Source: the human T2T-CHM13v2.0 reference genome, Homo sapiens. From it: a stretch of DNA of 64,000 nucleotides. Positions 48,994 to 64,000 of the stretch are shown piece after piece; within the stretch, counting starts at the first letter, position 1; each line of letters starts with the position of its first letter. The notes under the pieces were generated by a model. It worked only from the letters and a program-made list of their open reading frames with translations, had not been told where the DNA came from and made no database searches. Where the stretch lies: the NCBI RefSeq assembly GCF_009914755.1, contig NC_060928.1. The stretch is one strand, 5' to 3'. The translations under genes were made by a program, and so were the position numbers.

Positions 48994-49106
48994 TTCTGAG
49001 AAACAGAAAATTTCATATTACTATTTTACTCTGTGTAATCCAAATAAGTATTCTAGGGTTTAGAATATTGTTTCTAACTTTCTAAGACATGCAATACTTC
49101 TAAGAA
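48994..49106. promoter_or_regulatory. Pair of STAT5 GAS motifs ~1 kb upstream of CSN3
   Basis: TTCTGAGAA at 48994-49002 and TTCTAAGAA at 49098-49106 (TTCN3GAA); casein genes are prolactin/STAT5 targets. Confidence 0.6.
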
Positions 49107-50084
49107 ACAGACAGGAATATAGACATAACTACAATGCTGATATTATTTCTTGTTTGTGTTCTGGCAGTCCTACATTAATTCCTGTAAGTTCCTCAATCTG
49201 GTCAGGTCTTCACAGCCAAAATAAGTCACAGTTAACATTATTTCTTTAGAAAAGCAAGTAAAAGAAAATATGCTTTCCTGAATTATCTAAGCAAAATTTT
49301 GTTTAGCTATTTTTTGCCAAAATATTCACAATGTCAGTGGGTTTGTGATTTATGCTCTAAGTCAAAATGACTTTCCTTAAAACAGAACAATTATCTCCAA
49401 TTCAATAATTTAATAATTTTTTTTCAAAATGGTTCACCTATATTATTGAAATTTAAAATCTTAAAAAAAGTTTATTCATAAGAGGATAATAAATCACTAA
49501 GTATGTAGTCAATGCATACGGGAGAAAATGTGCTGCAGCCCAAACGCAAATGATTCCCCACTTTATACTGATTAAAATGTTTCATATATGGGTTTGACTT
49601 TTATAAGGAGGTGCTCTTGGGTATGTGTGAGATGGCCAATTATTTAATTTTTAAAAATCAATAATCGTAATTCTGGAAGGAAGAAGACCAACCACAGTCA
49701 ATGCCAGATGTAGTATCACTTGAAATCCAGGTTCTTAAACTAAAAGAAACAATTAAAATGTGAAAGTATTGTGGCTATTTTTCATTTCAACAGCAGTTTT
49801 AAGTTTAAATAGATAGGATAAGTTGAATAAGAATACAATTAATATTTTTAAAAATTCTTCTATATTTCTTTATAAACAAAAAAAGATTATTTAAAAAGAT
49901 ATGAATACTTTTTTCAAGCTTTATGAGTGATGACTCTACATCCTTCTCTGCATTTCATTTAAAAAGACTGGCCCAAAGGTGACCCTGCTATCATCATCTT
50001 ATTGGGTAAAAAGTAGGAGGGAAATAGAATAGCGTGACTCAAGGTACTAATACCCTTTAATTGGTCTTCAGTTATTTTTCTTGG

Positions 50085-50151
50085 GTCTTCTCTACAGCTG
50101 ACAGGCCAGCTCAACCTACTGCCAACCAAGACCTGACTGGCACGAGGAAAG
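50085..50151 (+). other. CSN3: CSN3 non-coding exon 1 (5' end approximate)
   Basis: Atypical TATA TTTAATT at ~50056; donor AAG|GTAATG after 50151. Confidence 0.7.
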
Positions 50152-52304
50152 GTAATGCTGCTGAAACACTTGGAGAAAGTGATCCTTTTCACAGTAGTTA
50201 GTTGGGACATCACCATAGTTATTTCAGAATCACATTTTCTTCCTTTTAGTTATTGTTAAGTTTGAATATGACCTAGCATCACTTTAAAATTAATTTCTAA
50301 CCTAAACCTAAGTTCTGGATGGTGTTATGTTCAAATTTATTTTTAACTTTACTTTGGGTTCCAGTCAAATTCTGATACCAACTAAATCATAGCAGCCATT
50401 GTGAATTCCGAACAAGAAGGCGTTTAACGTATTCCTACAGACAAATGTTGAGAGTTAACTCCACAGGAAGTTGGGCTCATGATAATAATCGCAATTAACC
50501 CCTTAATTACTTTCAAATTTTATTTCTATAAAAGTCATAATTTTATTTGTTATGGAATAATTATTTTTTTAAAACATGTTTTTCAAATATTCATGAAAGC
50601 TGGATAATTCTACCATTTCACGAATTATTTCTTCTTACCAAGTGATGAGGGCAAATGCAAATGTAGCTGATACGCAAAGTATGGTCTTATCTCTGTGATT
50701 TTTGTTTGTGCCAAAAGGAAATTACTATCATTTTATAGAATATTTTCTTTTGTTTACATATCATTTTACTGTGTGAACTGATAAGGGGTCTGTGATTCAT
50801 CATAAAAACATTTTCAGTCTATAATCCTAAAAGATCACTAGCAAGTGAAGCATTAATAAGGAGCTTCATCCCACTTAAAGAAATATGAGTTTGCTTAGAT
50901 TGTTCAAATTGATTCCAAATGAGTTCCATCGAATGGAAATTTGATGACATCGTATGGGCAGTTTTGAAGTCACTTTAGTAGACAGCCTTCCTAATCATTA
51001 TTGCCTGAGAATCAGATGCTAATGGAGTCCAGTGGGCTTTCCATCCCCTATCTGAGGCTTTAATTCTGTGAATCTTTTTTGCAAAGTTCAACTTTGTAGT
51101 GATTCAAGTTTATATGAGTGTGTCAATAACAATAGCTGCAACAAGATGAAGTTAGTAATTACTTCCTAAACATAATATATACTTAAATATAAAAAGTTTG
51201 GGATATCATATATTATTAGTCTAAAAAGATGATTTATTAAAAATCAAATAAGCAAGTATGACACTGTATATACTCTTTTAGAAAAATAAGGCTAATGTAT
51301 TTCTTTAAATATTTTAGTCAAAGCCACTGTAATTGTCATCTCTATACTTCTTATTAAAACAATCAAGTTAATCATATCAGTTATGATTACTGGAGAAGTA
51401 TGTTATAAAGAAAACAGTCTCATAACCCTCCACTTCCCATTCCATCCTACATACTTCTGTTGGATTGATCATGGAATTATAGAATTTTAGAAATCTCTAA
51501 GTTCAAACCCTGGTTTTACAGGTAAGAAAATGTAAAGCCCAGGAAAGGGAAATCACTTGATCAAAGTTACAGAGGTAGAGATAAGGCCTGGTCTAGAATT
51601 CAGTCCTCCAAAAAATGTATAGTCATACACTTTCTAGTCCAAAAACACTCAATTGTTTTCTGTTGTTTATAAAGCCATGCCTAGCTTTTTAACCCATCAT
51701 TATCTTAAAGGTGTCTACTTTTTCTGCTCTAAACTTTCCTTCCAATCTTATATTTCCCTTCTCATACAAGATTCCAATCAAATGTTCATGGCGATTCTCA
51801 AGACTTTCTCCTCTACTTGAAATATTTCTCTCCCTGTTAAATACTGCATAGGCAAGCCTCACCTATATGTCATTTTTTCCACACAAAGACTGCTGCTTCT
51901 CTTAACTGAAACTTTTATTAATAGAAAACCACTTTTGTGGCATTTTCTACTTTTTTTCCCTCTTACAGTTGTTTTTCAGTATATGTTTCAACACTCTTCC
52001 TAAAATTGATGCTACTCATTGGCAAGGCCTGTATCATATTTATATTGATAATCTCAACATTTGACATAGTAATGATAATTTGATAATTCCGTTAATATTG
52101 TCAAAAATTAAATTCAGAAATTTTTACTCCAAGTTTGAGTTTTTACATTCTTTTGTTAAAATAAATTTCTCACATCGGCTAAATCTACCTGTAAATCTGG
52201 CTTTTTTTCTTAATCAAGGAAACATTGTATTCAAGTCACTCCTAAATTTCTAGTAATAAATTCTTTTAAATTAATTTTTTTTAAATTTATCTTTAGGTGC
52301 AATA

Positions 52305-56945
<4,641 letters not shown>

Positions 56946-58747
56946 AAACACCAAGGAAATATCAAAGAACACAACGCAGGTAAATTAACAGTATATAAAA
57001 TGAGTAATTCCGACAAGAAGCATGGATTTATGAATACAACCATAAATTCTAAAATAGTACAAATAGATAAACTAAGTGTGTTACAGAAGCAGACAAAACA
57101 AGGTACTTACAGTTTTACCTTGGTAAACCCATAGCATTGATACATCAGATTCTGTTCCAACTAGAAATTTAAAATAATTTTATTTGACAAAGTGAAAATA
57201 ATTGGCAACTTTATTATCAAACTTTTTTCTGACAATTGGGACACTCTTAGAATGTAATAGTTTTATTTCATCCTTATTCACACACAAACTATGACAGTAG
57301 AGTAAAACAGCAAGTAACATTTTCATGATATTTCAAAAATAATTTTTAGAAGAAGTTATATAGAATATGAGTTTGAGTAAATTTTAATTCTGTAACAATT
57401 CTCTTGCACTCTCATTGTAGTATGAACAGAGTAAAAGGAAATGATATGCTTCCATGCATTTCTTTATTTCAGACATCATTTCCAAAATGATTCATGAAGT
57501 TAAGCCTCTCAAATTTCTCCTATTCTAAGATAAACCCATGGAAGAATTATAATGCTTAACTTGAAAAACACATAAATATTAAAAGGATACTTTCAGAACA
57601 CAATGTGATGCAAAGTGTTACTATTTATTACTTGGACCAATGGATAATGGCAGAATATAAAATAATTTGAAACTTATGAGAAGAATTTAAACAAAGAGAA
57701 TGATTAATAAAGTGGAAAATATCCAAAGAGTGTAAAATAATTTGGGGAGAAAGTTGCAAAATGTGGAGTTTCTTTACAACAAATATTTCAGTCCATCAGA
57801 TGTCTACATGTTTTATGATCTAAAATACCAGACAATGGTCTGTGATATCATGGGACTACCATTAGCCCAGAAAAGGTTGCTTCTTTCATCTGCTTGCCTA
57901 ATGACCATAGGCTGGTCATTACTTTCTCTGAACTTTTATTTTCTCATAATTCTGGTTGCTATAAGACTCAAGAGAGAATGCACATGGGAAAGGATTTTAA
58001 AAACTGATCAATCTGTAAAATGTCATGCATTGGAAAAGATAAAGTAAAATTCATACCAGTATCCTAAGTCTCCACTAAATGATAAAAACCGTACATAATT
58101 ATGTCTGTTGATTCCCATAGTAACCATATGAAACAGATATTATTCCTATCTCAAATTTAGGGATAAAAACCAGTAGGACTGAGGACATTAAGTAAATTAT
58201 CACAGCTAGAAATTGCAAATGGGAGGCAAACCAAACCTGTTTAATTTCAGATAGTGGGGTTTAATTACTATGTCATTTATTTTTATATGGGCTGTCTAAC
58301 TTGCTGAAAAACAGGGAAAATACACTGTGATTTCCTTAGACTAGCATATGGGTAAATTGTGTTGTTTAGTTGCTGTTCAACAGGATATCCGTTAAGAAAA
58401 AGAGAACAAGAGCTGGTTAAACAGCTGGCTTATTATATTTTGGAGAACAAAATAAGAAAATTAATAAAGACAACATGAAAGCAAGTTATTTAATAAGTAG
58501 TTACATATTTTACTGATGAAAAACATAAAGAAGCATGTAAAAGAGTTTTTTTCTGTAAATATTACGTAATGTCTATTATTTTCAGTTTACTATATGCCTA
58601 TTTTAAATATTTAAGTTTAAATATGTAATCTGATTGACTTATTGGATACAGACATGAAAGAAAAATTGTGGAAGCTAAATAAATATATATCATGAGAACT
58701 GTTAACACACTATGAATAAATTTCTAAACTATCATTATTTTTTATAG

Positions 58748-58916
58748 GACTTGCTGAAACCAAATTACTACTTCACACTCTCCTGCAGCCATTTGTCTGC
58801 CTTCAGTCAACAGAAAATGTGATTTTCACAGATTCAGCTCTTCTCTCCTTACATTTTACATTCATGCCACATTCAATATTTTGATTCTTGCACAATAAAG
58901 CCAACTGATTGCAACT
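58748..58916 (+). other. CSN3: CSN3 last exon (3' UTR)
   Basis: Donor CAG|GTAAAT after 56979; acceptor TTTATAG ending 58747; AATAAA at 58894-58899. Confidence 0.85.
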
Positions 58917-59378
58917 GATTCTTTGAGAGGAGTTTGCAAAGGTACCTCAGGGATCTCTGAAACTTTGAAATGCTATGACAAATTTAGTGTGAGTTAGAGT
59001 ACATAAATTTACCTAAAGGCAGTGCTCATAGTTTCATCAGGTTCTCAAAGTGGTTCATGGTCTGACACTAAGAATTTCTCCTCTAGGATGACACTGGGAC
59101 CAGAGAAAAGCCAAGCCATAGTGTTCCAATCCAGGGGACCACAGAGTGACTCTTGAGAGCCATGGGAACTCTAGAGTTAGCATTAAATTTAAGTGACCAA
59201 ATGTATTGCTAACGTTAGTCTAGATTATTCCTGAGAGCAAATTCTGGGCACAGGCAAACTACAAATGTCCAGAACTACAAACACAGATACGTTGCAAAAT
59301 TATAGATGTTGACAGAGATTCTAAACATGCATGACCAGATTTCCCCACACTGGACTCCACAGTCTCACATCTGTTCAA

Positions 59379-59399
59379 ACACACACACACCCCCACACC

Positions 59400-59433
<34 letters not shown>

Positions 59434-59441
59434 TCACACAC
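59379..59441. repeat. Compound (CA)n/(CCCA)n microsatellite
   Basis: Direct reading. Confidence 0.9.
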
Positions 59442-60493
59442 CAGAAACCTTCTGGAATTCAGGTATTCCAGTTTGGAAAAACTCGTGAATATTCAAGGTC
59501 CAAGGATAGGACATAGTTGTTTTCTTAAACAAATATTGCAAGGAAAATCAGGTCACCTTTGTGCTTGGTCCATATTTAACACATCATGCCAGAAAAAATA
59601 AAACTCACTCAGCCCTTACAAAATGTTTACTGGTCACCTATCTAATCTTCTGCTGTGACTCCCAACAGATGTGCTATTATTAGGATTGATTTACAGTGTT
59701 TTACCTGCTCTCTCACTCAAATAGAGAGTCTTGAACAGAGATTTGGAAGGAATATGGCATGGCTAGACCTTATTTGCTATGATCTTTAATGATATTATTA
59801 ATTTCTTAAAAAACAAAGTAAATATGTGGAAAAGGCAAAATTTATATCATTAATTTAAAATCTTACCACCTATTATACACAAGGTATTATAAGAATTATT
59901 GTGATAATACAAACAATATTAATGGCTGATAACAATAAGCAACAAGCAGTTATAAAGTACATACTATTTGCCAGTCAATCTTCTATTTGTTTATATGTAT
60001 TTACTCATTTAATATGTAGTCATGAACTACATATATTTATTCTTGTTGTTATTATAAGTGAAAGAGAAATGAAGTAATTTTCCCCACGTGAAGCTGAGAT
60101 TTGAACTCAAAGTCTTGCTTTAAAGTCCATGCTCTTTAAAAACTGACACATGGACCAATGGAACAGCATAAAGAACCCATAAATAAAACTGAATGTATTC
60201 AGTCAACTAATTTTCAGCAAGGGTACAAAGAAGACACAATAGCAAAATTATAGTCTTTTTAACAAATGGTGCTGGGAAAACTGGATATCACAGCAAAAGA
60301 ATGATATTGGACCCATATCTTACACCATACACAAAAATCCACTCAAAATGGGTAAAAGCTCAATGTAAGACCTGAAACTTTAAAATTACTAGAAGAATAC
60401 CTAGGGAGAAAGCTCCTTGACATTGGCCTTGGCAAAAATTGTTTCGGATATCACACTAAAAGCTCTGGCTACAAAATCAAAAATAAGTAAATG

Positions 60494-60797
60494 TTCTCCC
60501 TCATAGGTGGGAATTGAACAATGAGAACACACGGACACAGGAAGGGGAACATCACACACCGGGGCCTGTTGTGGGGTGGGGGGAGGGGGGAGGGATAGCA
60601 TTTGGAGATATACCTAATGTTAAATGACGAGTTATTGGGTTCAGCACACCAAAATGGCACATGTATACATATGTAACTAATCTGCACGGTGTGCACATGT
60701 ACCCTAAAACTTAAAGTATAAATAAAAAAAAAAAGTCCTGTAAGAAAAAATGCCATCTTTATGAATCTCTGCAATAAAACATGGCATAAACCTTTAA
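60494..60797 (+). mobile_element. L1PA3/4-like 3' fragment carrying a 3' transduction
   Basis: L1 3' UTR to poly-A (~60734), then 61 nt of non-L1 sequence with its own AATAAA; 15-bp TSD AAAAATAAGTAAATG at 60479-60493 and 60798-60812. Confidence 0.88.
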
Positions 60798-61006
60798 AAA
60801 AATAAGTAAATGGACTACATCAAACTAAAAAGCTTCTGCACAGCAAAGAAAATAATCAACCAAATAAAAAGACAGCCTATAAATTGGGAGAAAATATTTG
60901 CAAACCATTTATCTAATAAGGGGTTAATATCCAAAATATATAAAGAACTCACAAAACTCAATAGCAGAAAAACAAATAATCTGATTTTTAAAATGAGCAA
61001 AAGACA

Positions 61007-61405
<399 letters not shown>

Positions 61406-61780
61406 TCAGCATCACTATCAAGAAAATACAAATGAAAACCACAATAAGATATCACACCACACCTGTTAGGATGACTATTTCAAAAAGACAAGGGATAATA
61501 AGTGTTGACAAGGATGTGGACAAAAGGCAGTCTTTGTGCATTGTTGGTGGGAATATAGATAGGTGCAGCCACTGTGAAAAACAGTACGGAGGTGCCTATA
61601 GGAATTAAAAATAGAATTACTGTATGACCCAAAAGGCCGTTTTCTGGGTATCTACTCAAAGGAAATGAAATCACCCTTTGTAACGATATCTGCACTCTCT
61701 TGTTCATTGCAGCATTAGTCATAATAGCCAGTGTGGAAAAAACCAAAGTGTATATCAAGGGATATGGATAAAATACATTG

Positions 61781-61825
<45 letters not shown>

Positions 61826-64000
61826 GATATTATTCAGCCTTAAAAGAAAGAGATTCTGCTACTTGCCACAACATGGAAAAACTTTGAACTTGTAGGACAG
61901 AAAGCTAAGTGAAACAAGCCAGATATAGATAAAAAGAATACCGAATAATTTCACTTACATGTGGAATCTAAAAAAAAAAAAAAAAAAATCAGTCAAATTC
62001 ACAAAAACAGAGAACAAAATGGTAGTTACTGGGGGTGGGCCACACTGGAAAGATGTAGGTCAAAGGATACAGAGTTGCATGTAGGATGAATAAGTCTAGA
62101 GATCTAATATACAACATGAGAACTACAGTTAATAATATTGTATTTATTTGAGGTTTCTGTTAAGAGAGATTTTTGATGCTCTTGACACACACAAAAATGG
62201 TAACATTGTGAAATGATGAAAGTGTTAATTTCCTTGATTGTAGTAACCATATCACTATGTATATAAAAAATTATGTTGTATACCTTAAATACATAAAATA
62301 AAAAATAAAAGTCTATTATCTTAATCATGTAAAAACTACTATAAAATCATTTTCAATACAGCAGGTGAAATAAAATGTGAAGCAAAATACTTTGCAACAA
62401 GGAAAACATTCTTAATATTGGCTCATATTAATATGATTATGTCTAATTAAATAACATTAATAATAAGTTGCCAAAAGTAAGATTTAAGTTAAACACTTAC
62501 CTCCCAGATATAATGTTACTCCATATTTGTATCAATTGGATTAACTAACTGGAATATTGTATGTACCTAATCCCTCAGCTACTATTTTTACATATTCACA
62601 AAATACATTGTTGAGCTGCTTATCTTTGACTTGAATAAATTACTTCAGATGCAAGGATTCATCCAGGTAGAAGTGGTTTGTTACACATGAGAAATTGGGT
62701 TGTTGGCATAGAAGATATCTGATCTGGAGGTGGTCACCCATAGTCATTTACTTCTGTCGATTACCAGTCTATTGCCCACTGTAAATATAGCATGTTTCCC
62801 TCCCACCTCTAGGACGTCATAGTCTAATAAGATTTAGAAAAACATTTTATTTCTCAATCCTGCAAAACAGCCATATTTGAAAGTTCCCAGGTACTCGGAA
62901 TCCAGTGTTACATTATGTAACAATTGTTTATATAGCACTTTAAAATGTATAAAGCACTTTTACACATGCCAACCTTTTAACCTTCACCAATAAACTCTTG
63001 AAGTAATTTGTTATTGATCCTCATTTTACATATGTGGAAACAACTCCAAAATGGTCAAACATATGGTAGTGAAAATGTATAGGGTTCATATTTACTTAGA
63101 ATTTGATCAAAGTTTCAGCTCAATATTACTTAGCTGTGTAACTTTGGGCAATAAATATAATGGAAAGTACTATATATTGATTTATTGATATATCTGTCAG
63201 GCTCTATGACAAGGGTTTTATAGGTATTTTATATTGCACACTGTTAGGGAAGTACTATTATTATACTTATGCAGATATGAGGAAACAGGCTCAGAGGGAT
63301 TAAGTAATTTGGCTAAGATAAGAAAATATTGAGTAGTAGAACTTAGCTTTGAACTCTAGCAATTCAATCCGCCAGCCCTCATTGCCATATCACTAGAACA
63401 TATAACCTTTAATCTGATTAGAGTATTTAAGGTATTAGAGTACCTTATATTAGTTGGTCATTCAATAAGTGTTCATTCATTTATCCCTTAACTCCCTAAG
63501 TGACATTGCCAAGGACATCCATTGTCCTTAAGATAAAGTCAATTTTCATAGTCCTATTATTTACCTTCCCACTTCATTTCTCTTCATTAGATCATCATAC
63601 CATTCAACCCAGTGACTCAAAGACTTCTCACACTGCTTTATAGCTATACCATCACCATCCTCCAGGACTTTTCTGAAGCTGCTCAGATCACCGTGATAAT
63701 TCATAGCATCTAATCAAAATATGAATCCCTGACCTATGTCCTTGAGGAAATAGTTCCTGAACTTCCAAAATCAAGTGATCCACTAACGTACCACCCAGTA
63801 TCCTGGCCCTCCCAGCTCCTCTGTCCCTTAATACTCCTTAAACTCGATGAAACCGGCCTATCCACCTCTCCCACTGGGGCTATAAACCCTAGAGACTGTA
63901 TTCTGCTCACCACTGTCTCTCCAAGGTGAGGCCTAATACAGTGTAGGAGATAAATAAATATTTGTTAAGCAAATAAACAAGGAAAGGAAAAATGAATTGT

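Noticed and set aside
57742-58047. 101-aa ORF in CSN3 intron 4
   Set aside because: Non-ATG start, intronic, no supporting homology or splice structure

Overview
Human genomic DNA (AT-rich, with Alu/L1PA elements and an L1HS-Ta insertion) from the SCPP/casein cluster on 4q13.3. It holds three complete + strand genes, ODAM (279 aa), FDCSP (85 aa) and CSN3/kappa-casein (182 aa); all their coding exons were rebuilt from GT-AG boundaries and all coding introns are phase 0. The most striking unexplained structure lies between ODAM and FDCSP: a ~3.3 kb inverted duplication (21198-24492 / 28467-31711, ~4 kb spacer). Its left arm is flanked by an 86-bp direct duplication of an old L1, and a ~1.3 kb core is ~99% identical while the ends are only ~85-92% identical. 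Other notable items: a young 5'-inverted L1HS-Ta in FDCSP intron 1, an L1 3' transduction downstream of CSN3, a 29-bp templated insertion between CSN3 introns, an open ORF0-like frame in a full-length L1PA, and an in-frame upstream ATG in ODAM. Identities are hand counts, and repeat subfamily names are from memory of consensus sequences. No new protein-coding system was found.
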